This document shows positions 1-8,443 of a stretch of DNA of 64,000 nt, piece after piece (the first letter of the stretch is position 1; every line of letters starts with the position of its first letter). The notes under the pieces were generated by a model that was not told the DNA's origin, made no database searches, and worked only from the letters and a program-made list of their open reading frames with translations. This DNA is from an uncultured bacterium (GTDB lineage Bacteria; Patescibacteriota; Minisyncoccia; Phycocordibacterales; PALSA-1337), in the NCBI GenBank assembly GCA_963848635.1, contig CAWKEA010000005.1, forward strand, positions 352,585 to 416,584. Direction: 5' to 3'. A program made the translations under genes and the position numbers.

Positions 1-17
1 CCACTTCAGGCTCGACT

Positions 18-539
18 ATGTATTCCTTCAAGAAAGACGAATGGATCAAGGAATACGCGCACGACCTTTCTTCCGCCGAAAAAGAAAAAATATATGCCTC
101 ATTCAAGGAAGCCGTGAACGAATCAGGCGAGAAGATGCCGATAGAGACATACGGACCAGTCGCAGAGGATCGCGGCGGACAGATCACGTTCTCGGCCGAT
201 GGCCAGGAGGCACCCGTCACGGTGAAAGCAGAATGGGACCCCACTGAAAAGAAGCGCCTGCATATCGTCTCGTTCCTTTCGCCGCTTTTGCCTGAATTCT
301 CCATCGGCATCGGCGGCATGACTTCGATCGACGTGACGAAAAAAGGCATCGATAAGGCTTTCGGCGTTCGCATGATCTGCGAATATACAAAGATCCCTAT
401 CGAACGGGCGCTCTATGTCGGCGACGCGCTCTTTCCCGGAGGCAATGATTATGCCGCGCGAGCGAGCGGCGTAGAATGCTTTGAGGTAAAAAGCGTAGAC
501 GATACGAAGCGGCTCATCGAAAAGATAGTCGGCGTATAA
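18..539 (+). CDS. HAD-IIB family hydrolase, eukaryotic-type phosphomannomutase-like C-terminal region (possibly 5' truncated at window edge)
   Basis: C-terminal YVGDALFPGGNDYAA resembles PMM/HAD-IIB GDxxxPGGNDxE motif; ORF begins 17 nt from window start. Confidence 0.45.
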   Translation: MYSFKKDEWIKEYAHDLSSAEKEKIYASFKEAVNESGEKMPIETYGPVAEDRGGQITFSADGQEAPVTVKAEWDPTEKKRLHIVSFLSPLLPEFSIGIGGMTSIDVTKKGIDKAFGVRMICEYTKIPIERALYVGDALFPGGNDYAARASGVECFEVKSVDDTKRLIEKIVGV

Positions 540-592
540 TTCATCGACACGAGCCACGCCGCTGATACAACGTCTCTCCCGGTATAGGATTT

Positions 593-898
593 TTACGCAG
601 AATGCGTATGATCGTGCGCGTGTTCGCGATGCGAGGCATCAGCTTTGCCCGGCCACTTCTTCAAGAAGAAGACTATGTAGACGAGCTCGAGGATGCCGAG
701 CGTATTAAAGACGAGCAAAGCGATGAACCACCATACCTTGCCGAGCTTAGCGGCATTCCACAAAGCATAGCCTTTGAGGACGACGGTAAAGACAAGCCAC
801 AGCGCCGCGATGAGAAAAAAGACCGAGCCGAATATGCCGAATCCGAAAGGGCTCCACACTTGAGGACCGAACATCGAATATGAATGGTAATACATCAT
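593..898 (-). CDS. small hydrophobic membrane protein, unknown function
   Basis: 101 aa ORF with two predicted TM helices and His-rich C-terminal tail. Confidence 0.35.
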   Translation of the reverse strand: MMYYHSYSMFGPQVWSPFGFGIFGSVFFLIAALWLVFTVVLKGYALWNAAKLGKVWWFIALLVFNTLGILELVYIVFFLKKWPGKADASHREHAHDHTHSA

Positions 899-986
899 GT
901 TTTTGATTGATTATTTGTATAGGTAATTGACTGACGCTATTAGTGTAGCATAGAAAAATGCTTCCCTGCCGATGGTGTTGGTTGGG

Positions 987-1487
987 TCACACGAGCTTCT
1001 GAATGCATTTGATATAAGCATCGGTCATCCTATGTTTAGTCTTGGGAACAAGAAAATCAGCAGGCATATGTTTCTCGAATTCTCCTGCCAGACTTACATA
1101 AGGGACTTTTAGGCCTTCCAGAGAAACCTTTATCTTTTTGATATCGGCGGCGATCTCTTCCGCAAGACTTTTTGGCATATGCTCCGAATAATCTTCAACA
1201 AGACTCTTGAAAGAAAACTCGTGGAGGGGTGAAATCGAAGCAAAAATCGCCTTTTTACAAGGATATTTTTTGGCGACGAGATAGGCCAAAATAGCTCCAA
1301 AAGAAAAACCGCACACGACAGCATTTTTCCCAACCGCAAAAACCTGCGACGAGAGAGGTTTGTACCAGTCCGGATTTACGCAGTTGACTTTATACCCTTT
1401 GGCTCTCAAGGAGGCTGCAAGTTTCTTGTATCGCGCTTCCGTGCATGTTTCTCCAAGACCGGGAATTATGTAAATTATTTTTTTCAT
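987..1487 (-). CDS. alpha/beta hydrolase fold protein
   Basis: GFSFGA nucleophile elbow (GxSxG); compact 166 aa serine-hydrolase-like ORF. Confidence 0.5.
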   Translation of the reverse strand: MKKIIYIIPGLGETCTEARYKKLAASLRAKGYKVNCVNPDWYKPLSSQVFAVGKNAVVCGFSFGAILAYLVAKKYPCKKAIFASISPLHEFSFKSLVEDYSEHMPKSLAEEIAADIKKIKVSLEGLKVPYVSLAGEFEKHMPADFLVPKTKHRMTDAYIKCIQKLV

Positions 1488-1571
1488 GTGATTCTGCTCT
1501 AAATAAACTACCTCACAGCAACATCCTCTAACAATTCATCGAACCATTTCTGTTTGATATCTGCCATCGTT

Positions 1572-1880
1572 TTATAGTTTTTCTATCTTGCCAGTGTCGC
1601 CGTCGACTAAAACGAGATCGCCGTCTTTTAAACGATCAAGAAGCTCTTTCACCCCGACAACACAGGTCTTTTTTATTTCCCTGCAAAATATCGCCGCATG
1701 TGACAATAAGCCGCCGTTCTCTGTGACCACCCCTCCTGCGCTCAGGATCTCCACACACATTTCAGGACTCGTGCTCTTTGAGATCAGAATGTCTTCGTTG
1801 GAATACGAAAGGCCTTTTGAGTAGACCTTGACTCTGCCCCTTACCGAACCGCCTGAAGCCGCAATGCCTTGTAACGTCAT
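1572..1880 (-). CDS. PEP-utilizing enzyme mobile (phosphohistidine swivel) domain protein
   Basis: GGLLSHAAI matches the GG(R/L)xSHAAI phospho-His motif of PEP synthase/PPDK swivel domain. Confidence 0.6.
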   Translation of the reverse strand: MTLQGIAASGGSVRGRVKVYSKGLSYSNEDILISKSTSPEMCVEILSAGGVVTENGGLLSHAAIFCREIKKTCVVGVKELLDRLKDGDLVLVDGDTGKIEKL

Positions 1881-1885
1881 ACGAG

Positions 1886-2779
1886 TTATTTTATTAGATT
1901 AAGTATGCCCTTTTCTAATTGACCAACAGGTATCGAACAAGTCTTGATATACATTTCCTTTACCGCGTCAGGAAACGGATAGCTGAGAAACAACGATTGC
2001 TCATTCGGTATCTCGAACCCGAAAGAGCTGTAAATCTGCTGAATCACATACGCTCTATCAAAGACGCTCGAATCCTTTACGTCGCCGATTTTATGTATCA
2101 ATTTTTTGTTTAAATCGCCTACATCGATACCGCTCAGTATGCCACCTTTCTCCACATACACTTTCGAGGAATCAAGATCCTCTGGATTCATTATATGCTC
2201 AAAATAATCAACGGCCATGCCCTCTTTCAAAGATTTAACTACAACATTAAAATCTAAGCCTGTTCTATGGTAATAGCGATACACGTATGCGTCGTCAAAA
2301 AACAATTGGACGCCGAATGACCTGAAAATAGGGTTCACCATCTCGACCAAGTTATCAAGGAGGAAAACGGTCGGCCTTGCTGATACCTCATCCGCATCGT
2401 TATCGATCACCCATTGAGGCTTGACGGTTGGACCGTTTTTTCTCAACGAAGGATCGTCTTTTCGAGATGCTGATATTTTTTGAATTATCGAACTGAGCAA
2501 ATGTGAATAATTCTCAGCACCCATGATTTCCTTCGCTTTTTCATTGAGAAAGTAAAAAATGAGGTTTGAAAGCTTGCCAGGATACAATCCCTTTTTAAAG
2601 AGATCATCAGCCGAATCGCCGGACTCTAGAATGCTTTCAGGCAATAATTTCATGAAGAAAGGACCCGAATAATACATCGCCTCGACTGAGCTTATTGGCC
2701 ACTGTGACAATATATCAGAATTATGTTGTATTTTAGCGACATCCTCAGATATGCTGATTTTGACGTTTTTTATGTCCAT
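1886..2779 (-). CDS. PEP synthase/PPDK N-terminal nucleotide-binding (PPDK_N-like) domain protein
   Basis: 297 aa ORF ends 6 nt upstream of the swivel-domain ORF on the same strand; pairing matches the PEP-synthase/rifampin-phosphotransferase layout without a PEP-binding barrel. Confidence 0.45.
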   Translation of the reverse strand: MDIKNVKISISEDVAKIQHNSDILSQWPISSVEAMYYSGPFFMKLLPESILESGDSADDLFKKGLYPGKLSNLIFYFLNEKAKEIMGAENYSHLLSSIIQKISASRKDDPSLRKNGPTVKPQWVIDNDADEVSARPTVFLLDNLVEMVNPIFRSFGVQLFFDDAYVYRYYHRTGLDFNVVVKSLKEGMAVDYFEHIMNPEDLDSSKVYVEKGGILSGIDVGDLNKKLIHKIGDVKDSSVFDRAYVIQQIYSSFGFEIPNEQSLFLSYPFPDAVKEMYIKTCSIPVGQLEKGILNLIK

Positions 2780-2965
2780 ATTTGTTGCTTAGATCAGACA
2801 ACGCTAAGATAATAACACATCCATCGGAACTACTTAAAAGAAATGATCCGGCTTCTCCAGTATAATCCGAACAATATCGGGACGACGAGAATGATGACAT
2901 CAGAAGATAGCTGTCGGAAGTCAGAAAAAAGACTCATAAAGAAACTTGCCGGCTGGTTCGGAGAT

Positions 2966-3160
2966 TCAGACGCTGAAGATTGGCGTATTCGATTCTTGAT
3001 ATGCGAGTATTGTTGCACGGAAAGTGTTGTACAAGTCGTTCACTGTGTTCCGATTGAGTCCCGTTAGATGAGCCGCCTGCGTTGCGTTTACATCCTCGGC
3101 AAAACAGCTCAAAATCCGGCGCCGTTTCTTTTCTGAAATTCTTCTGAATTTGTAAGGCAT
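2966..3160 (-). mobile_element. IS1595 (ISXO2-like) family transposase N-terminal fragment (remnant)
   Basis: 64 aa ORF with helix-turn-helix region CFAEDVNATQAAHLTGLNRNTVNDLYNTFR typical of IS1595/IS1016 transposase N-termini; no full transposase follows. Confidence 0.4.
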
Positions 3161-3260
3161 TTCTAGAGTTTAGCATTGATTTGCTAGTCTAGAGCCTATA
3201 AATTACAGCATGCGACTGACATTTTTATTACCCAATACTGAACTTTATTTAATCCCAGAT

Positions 3261-3737
3261 TTATTGTTTATTATTCAGTTTTTCAATATTTTTCATTAAT
3301 TCTTTTAGCGGCGCTATATTATATATTTTCCTTTCCTCATCGGTAGTCCGTGAATCGACAGGCAATATTTTCCATTTACTCTGCGGATCTTTCTTCCGAT
3401 ACTGAGTGCCGAATTTTTGTCTCTTACCTCTCTTAATGAGTAATCTGTCCAAACATGTAGCATAAAATGCTAGGGCTTTTTTGTATCCAAGTTTATGGCT
3501 TTTTTCAGAAAGATTAACCGCTTTGATAGAATCATGAATACCAGAACCGTGATGAAATATCATTGCCGCAAGATAGTAATCTTTTGCCGAAAGAAGTTTA
3601 TTTTTACGAATAATATCCTGTACAATTTTCTTTCTAGCCTTATCATTTTTTGTAAGTAAGGTTCCGTCATTACGTATTACAGGATCGTGCCGGTCTTTCT
3701 GATCATCATCAAATATTTTTTGCAACTTCTTGTTCAT
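3261..3737 (-). CDS. hypothetical protein, paralog of 18650..19102
   Basis: shares the ...(K/E)GK(R/K)Q.(F/Y)GTQ(Y/F)...(I/V)LPV(D/K)..(T/S)...(R/K)R...(P/G)LKE... pattern with ORF 18650..19102. Confidence 0.4.
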   Translation of the reverse strand: MNKKLQKIFDDDQKDRHDPVIRNDGTLLTKNDKARKKIVQDIIRKNKLLSAKDYYLAAMIFHHGSGIHDSIKAVNLSEKSHKLGYKKALAFYATCLDRLLIKRGKRQKFGTQYRKKDPQSKWKILPVDSRTTDEERKIYNIAPLKELMKNIEKLNNKQ

Positions 3738-3804
3738 ATATGGATTCTAACATAAAAAAAGCCGCGCCAAGAAATTTGTTGTTTCAGGGTGCGGCTGTGT
3801 TATT

Positions 3805-4011
3805 TTATATCTTGCCAGCAATTAGAGTTTTTGCGATGGATACTGATATCGGCTGTTTTGTCATTGCCTCAATCCATGCCCATTGACCATTGCAATTGAT
3901 TTCCAAGAATACCAACTGGTTTTCTGGAGTAACAATTGCATCTATAGTTGCAAAATTCAGATTCATTTTTCTGGCGAGTCGAAGGCACTTTTTCTTAACT
4001 GATGGACTCAA
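3805..4011 (-). pseudogene. ATP-grasp enzyme C-terminal fragment
   Basis: 68 aa ORF LNFATIDAIVTPENQLVFLEINCNGQWAWIE resembles the C-terminal strand region of RimK/glutathione-synthetase-type ATP-grasp domains; no N-terminal part present. Confidence 0.35.
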
Positions 4012-4212
4012 CAGATGTTCTTCATGGTGAAGTTTTTTGAAATCCTCTTTTCTCCAATCAGTTTTCGCTCGCTTATTTGCCTGCGAATCTATTTTTGTCG
4101 CAAAAACTTTCTTTCCAACAACAGTAATTCGATTTCAAACAGTTTCGGTATGTGCGGTTGGAAATTCTCCCCTTGCCAAAAAATGAATAATGTTGTAGAT
4201 TCATAAATAGAA

Positions 4213-4245
4213 GCTCGTTCGTTGACATAATGTCGCGAAAAGTGA
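4213..4245 (+). promoter_or_regulatory. conserved upstream element shared by the tandem paralogs (AAGCTCGTTCGTTGACA...CGAAAAGTGAG)
   Basis: near-identical copy at 5557..5592 upstream of the intact paralog; contains TTGACA -35-like hexamer. Confidence 0.3.
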
Positions 4246-4282
4246 GATCTGAAAACCAACCAACAAAAAGAAAAGCTAGCGT

Positions 4283-5430
4283 ATGAAAATAACCAGTCTG
4301 ATGTCGGTAATCTTGGTCACCACGGTTTCGATCCTGGTGCAAGCAAAACCTATTGTCGTCCCGCCGCCACTGCCTCCGTCATACCTGATCCCGCCGACGA
4401 ATACGGTCAAGAGGACGGTGATTGCCGCCGCCGCAAACACAAAAACGGTTTCGGTAAAGCAGGATGGGACATCTCCTGAACCAGATATTCCTTCGCCTGT
4501 TCCAGACATTCCCGCCCCTGCTTATGTGTTCCCTGCGATCGGCACCTTGCAAAAGGTGTCGGATTCGGCAGCAAAGAGCGTGAACAGGATTTTCCTGTTC
4601 GGATGGGCGTACAGCACAATGGCTCATTCATTTCGATTGGCAGCATATCCTATTTGCCTTCGAATTATCCATTCACCAATAAAGTCGGGATGGATCAATT
4701 CATTGCTGCACAGATAATCTCAAATGCACTCTACTTTGTGGCAACGAATACAAGTGCTACTTTGGACAAGAGCAAAGGGGTACTCATAGAGATTGATTGC
4801 CTCATATCAGCAAACTAGGCAAGTCAGCCAAGATATATTCAGCTATAAGAGCACTATCACGCTGGCTCAATCGAACGGGATATACTCCGTTCCTGATCTA
4901 TCCTGGTTCTCGACGACCTTATCGAGTTCAATTCCCTTCAACGTCCCACTGCCTTTCCCATGGGCACACGTTGAAGTCGGTAACAAGGGCAATCAGTCCC
5001 GACTGAAATTGACGACCCTCATTGGACAAACAATCCAGTCGGTTCGGACGGTTTCCTGTACTTATCAACAAGCGACATAACTAATTCCGCCTCGTCTGGT
5101 GGAAGCTTGTGGATGAAGATCACTCTGTTCGATACGAACAGGTTCCAGATCTTCGATGGTGACGGCAACAGCGTTCCGGAACACCTTATGAAACTCGCCG
5201 TGAGTAAAAATGGCACCGGCGATCTCATCACCGTAACCAACGGCGATTCCGGCCGGGGATTCTACCTGCAAGGTTCGACAAATCTGGCAAACGCGAATTC
5301 ATGGATCAATTGCAGTCCCGTCACCTTTGTTTCCCCGACAAACGGGATGCCAAGCCTCTTCAATGTCTCAAGGACTAATGCCTACATGTTTTTCCGCACG
5401 GCTACGACAAATACACCGCCGACGTACTGA
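4283..5430 (+). pseudogene. secreted beta-rich protein, decayed tandem paralog of 5649..6728 (at least 3 frameshifts)
   Basis: four consecutive ORFs (4283-4717, 4603-4818, 4793-5080, 5107-5430) align colinearly with the 5589..6728 product, e.g. AIGTLQKVSDS, MDQFIAAQIISNALYFVATNTSATLDKSKGVL, SVPDLS.FST.L.SSIPF.VP.PF.WAHVEVG, SLWMKI.LFD..RFQ.F.GDG, and the end FRTATTNTPPTY. Confidence 0.6.
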
Positions 5431-5448
5431 ACAACACTAATAACACAA

Positions 5449-5478
5449 GGCCCGCAACGTAGTGCGGGCCTCTTTTTA
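5449..5478 (+). terminator. rho-independent terminator
   Basis: GGCCCGCAACGTAGTGCGGGCC hairpin followed by TCTTTTTAT. Confidence 0.7.
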
Positions 5479-5556
5479 TCCCCAGGTTACCCACAGAAAT
5501 CGATATTTACGCCCCCTTGCCAAAAACAGAGCAGTATGATATACTACTGGACAGTA

Positions 5557-5592
5557 AGCTCGTTCGTTGACAATGTGTCATACGAAAGTTGA
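5557..5592 (+). promoter_or_regulatory. conserved upstream element, second copy (AAGCTCGTTCGTTGACA...TCATACGAAAGTTGAG)
   Basis: duplicate of 4213..4245; the 15-mer TCATACGAAAGTTGA recurs at 51133..51147 upstream of ORF 51168. Confidence 0.3.
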
Positions 5593-5648
5593 GTCTTCCG
5601 GTTAACCTGCCGTGTTCTCGAACATGGCGCAAAAAAGAAAGGAGTCGT

Positions 5649-6728
5649 ATGAAAACGATTCGTAGTATTGCAGAGATTATTGCAGTGGCGACGACCATCT
5701 TCCTTGCGTCGTGCAAGGAAGCAAAGGCGGCTATCATAGTGCCGACATACTCAATGCCGGCAATCGGCACCTTGCAAAAGGTGTCGGATTCGGGTGCTGG
5801 AAGTATCACGCGAATTATTTATTTCGCGTGGGCATATGGAACAAATGGGCAAGCAATAGCTATCGGGAACATACCTGTAAGCTACATACCAACCACAAGT
5901 CCATTCGCCAGCAAAGCCTTGATGGATCAATTTATCGCAGTACAGACCATTTCTAATGTGCTGTATTTCATAGCGACAAACACAAGCACATCCCTGGACA
6001 AAAGTAAGGGAGTATTAGTTGAAGTTGACTGCCGCATGGTCCAAGACGGTCAAGACAGTCAGGACGTATTTAGCTATAGAAATGCGATCCAACTTACAGA
6101 AAATGTAAGCGGAACATATTCCGTTCCCGACCTTTCGGGATTCTCGACAAGCCTTGCGAGTTCAATCCCTTTCTACGTTCCGGCACCCTTCACATGGGCT
6201 CATGTCGAGGTTGGGTATAAAAACAACCCTTACCCGTTTGAACTTGACGACCTTCACTGGACAAATAATCCGATAGCTTCGGACGGCTATCTATACTTCA
6301 ATGCCGGTGATATAACAAATTCATCGTCATCAAACGGAAGTTTATGGATGAAGATATCCCTCTTCGACAACGGTAGGTTCCAAACCTTCAACGGCGACGG
6401 TGGCAAGCAAATCGCCCCGACGCCGATGGTCCTCGGGATCAGCAACGTGATATCTGGCAGTTACCAGGTCATCGTAAAAAAACGTATCGTTGTTATAGGA
6501 ACGAGCACAAACGTGCTTGTGTCGGTGACAAAGGGTGATGCCGGTATCGGCTTCATTCTGCAAAGCTCAACGAACCTATTGACATGGAGCAATGTCACAG
6601 GGACGAACTTCGTCTCTGCGACGAACGATGTCCAGGGCGCGATACCGTACTCACTCCCCTGGCCATTTACGAATACGAGTACATTCTTTAGGACATTGTT
6701 GGTGACGAATGCGCCGCCAACCTACTGA
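5649..6728 (+). CDS. secreted (possibly lipo-) protein, beta-rich, unknown function
   Basis: AAAGGAGTCGT-ATG Shine-Dalgarno; signal peptide MKTIRSIAEIIAVATTIFLASC; Asn/Ser/Thr/Gly-rich; ends ...VTNAPPTY as does its decayed paralog. Confidence 0.6.
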   Translation: MKTIRSIAEIIAVATTIFLASCKEAKAAIIVPTYSMPAIGTLQKVSDSGAGSITRIIYFAWAYGTNGQAIAIGNIPVSYIPTTSPFASKALMDQFIAVQTISNVLYFIATNTSTSLDKSKGVLVEVDCRMVQDGQDSQDVFSYRNAIQLTENVSGTYSVPDLSGFSTSLASSIPFYVPAPFTWAHVEVGYKNNPYPFELDDLHWTNNPIASDGYLYFNAGDITNSSSSNGSLWMKISLFDNGRFQTFNGDGGKQIAPTPMVLGISNVISGSYQVIVKKRIVVIGTSTNVLVSVTKGDAGIGFILQSSTNLLTWSNVTGTNFVSATNDVQGAIPYSLPWPFTNTSTFFRTLLVTNAPPTY

Positions 6729-6744
6729 AGTTTCCGAAAACCAA

Positions 6745-6777
6745 AAACCCGCAACGAAAGTTGCGGGTTCTTTTTTA
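6745..6777. terminator. bidirectional rho-independent terminator between convergent genes
   Basis: AACCCGCAACGAAAGTTGCGGGTT hairpin flanked by A-run upstream and T-run downstream. Confidence 0.7.
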
Positions 6778-6803
6778 TATGCACTCTCCTATTATCTATT
6801 TGT

Positions 6804-8111
6804 TTATTGCTCCTGAATAGATGAAGGAACCACATCTATCTCTACAGTATTACTGGTAATAGCTGAAGAAGCTTCTGCTGGTTTACCAATTAGATCATTA
6901 ACAAGCGACATAAAGAAACCTGCACGACTAGAAGAGTTTGAACATATCATATTAACCTTATAAATACCACTCGAAGTATAACTGAAATTTGTTAATCCGA
7001 TATTAGTAATCAAGACGAGAGATTGTGACCAACTTGATGGAGTCCAGTCAACTGGTGAAACAACTTTGCCACTGCAAGTCATACCACTCGGCCATGAGTA
7101 AGCGACAGTAGCACTGCCTCCAGTGTGAATAGTAGTCTTTGTAGTACAGCTCCCCAATGTCCCATTGGTATTAAAGCTCGATACACAATTAGCATCAGTC
7201 GCGGAAGACGTATGGACAAACAAGACCGGGGCGTTTGCGGCTGGGGCGACCGGAGTTAAGGCCGGGATGGTGACGCTACCGCAAGAGATGCCGCTGACGG
7301 TCGCATGAGTCGGGGTTGCGCTGTCTGTCACACTTCCCGTGACGGATATGGTCTGTTGATAAGAGCTTGCCGATTCCGCATATGGTCCGAGATTCTGCGA
7401 TTGAGCTGTGGAACCATTACTCCATGAATAGGTATATGGGCCAGTGCCGCCGTTAGGAGCGAGCAAGACATTGATATTGGCGTTGGTGCCCGAAGAACTG
7501 ACAGAGCTCAAACACGAGGCGGTCAAAGAAGTCGAGGTGCCCTGAGCTGGATTTGGTCCGACCGTGACGGCCGACGAAGAGCTCGTATTGAATTGCAACC
7601 AACCGACCACAGTGCTTCCCCAGGCATAGCCGATGAATTGGCCATTTGACGGCACGAATGTAACGCCGTTGTTTCCCTGAGTATCCCCTGTCAGATGGTT
7701 CGTTCCCGCAAGCTGGATCCAACCGTCCCAACCGTCAGTCCTTGCAGTAGAAGTCGAGCAATCCCCCGCCGCAGATCCAGCGCAGGCACGTGCCCAGCCA
7801 GAGACGGCACCTGTCGACATATTTACGGTCGCGGGACACGAGCCAGTTGGACAGCCCGTCGTGTCGGCGGCATTGAAGGAAACCCAGCCGATATTCGATG
7901 ACCAGGCATAGCCGGAAAGACAGGCGGCAGTCGTCGAACAAGGCGTCGACGTGGACAATTGAACAGTAGCGCCGTCAGCCGGATTGAAGCTCAGCCAACC
8001 GACATTTGGCGACCAAGCATAGCCCGAGAGAGAGGTGGCGGCAGAGGCCGAAGCCGCAGAGAGGAGCGCGACGGCGGAAACGGCCAGAGCGAACGATATT
8101 TTTTTGAGCAT
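6804..8111 (-). CDS. secreted repeat protein with four G-Y-A-W-(S/G)-x-N-(V/I)-G-W-(L/V)-(S/Q)-F-N repeats
   Basis: signal peptide MLKKISFALAVSAVALLSAASASA; repeats SGYAWSPNVGWLSFN, SGYAWSSNIGWVSFN, DGWDGWIQL, IGYAWGSTVVGWLQFN; Ser/Thr-rich C-terminal half. Confidence 0.55.
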   Translation of the reverse strand: MLKKISFALAVSAVALLSAASASAATSLSGYAWSPNVGWLSFNPADGATVQLSTSTPCSTTAACLSGYAWSSNIGWVSFNAADTTGCPTGSCPATVNMSTGAVSGWARACAGSAAGDCSTSTARTDGWDGWIQLAGTNHLTGDTQGNNGVTFVPSNGQFIGYAWGSTVVGWLQFNTSSSSAVTVGPNPAQGTSTSLTASCLSSVSSSGTNANINVLLAPNGGTGPYTYSWSNGSTAQSQNLGPYAESASSYQQTISVTGSVTDSATPTHATVSGISCGSVTIPALTPVAPAANAPVLFVHTSSATDANCVSSFNTNGTLGSCTTKTTIHTGGSATVAYSWPSGMTCSGKVVSPVDWTPSSWSQSLVLITNIGLTNFSYTSSGIYKVNMICSNSSSRAGFFMSLVNDLIGKPAEASSAITSNTVEIDVVPSSIQEQ

Positions 8112-8443
8112 GATTATGGTGTTGGCTTTATGTTATTAAAGTATGAAAAACCCGTGAGTCCATTGTATCAAGAATCGTCCCGGAATGCGCCTTGGAGTTA
8201 TCAACAAGGGGAAGGGAGCGCTTCATACTTGAAAGCTTACTTAAAAAGCCGCGTTCGATCTTTAAAACCTAATTATTTGTGTGCCACAACATCAATCACA
8301 TCATCCTCGATGTCATACATCAATATTTCTTCCACTTCAGGATCTCGGAGCGGCCTTTCTTGTGCAAGAGAAACGAGCCTATCTTCAGTGACTTTTTCCG
8401 AGTTTGGCTCCGCTTCATTTGAAGGAAATTTATCCATATTTTC

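Noticed and set aside
8274-8438. 54-aa acidic ORF starting 5 nt after the aspS stop (MDKFPSNEAEPNSEKVTEDRLVSLAQERPLRDPEVEEILMYDIEDDVIDVVAHK)
   Set aside because: Too short and featureless to call; no resemblance to GatC or other known small partners; kept only as a note.
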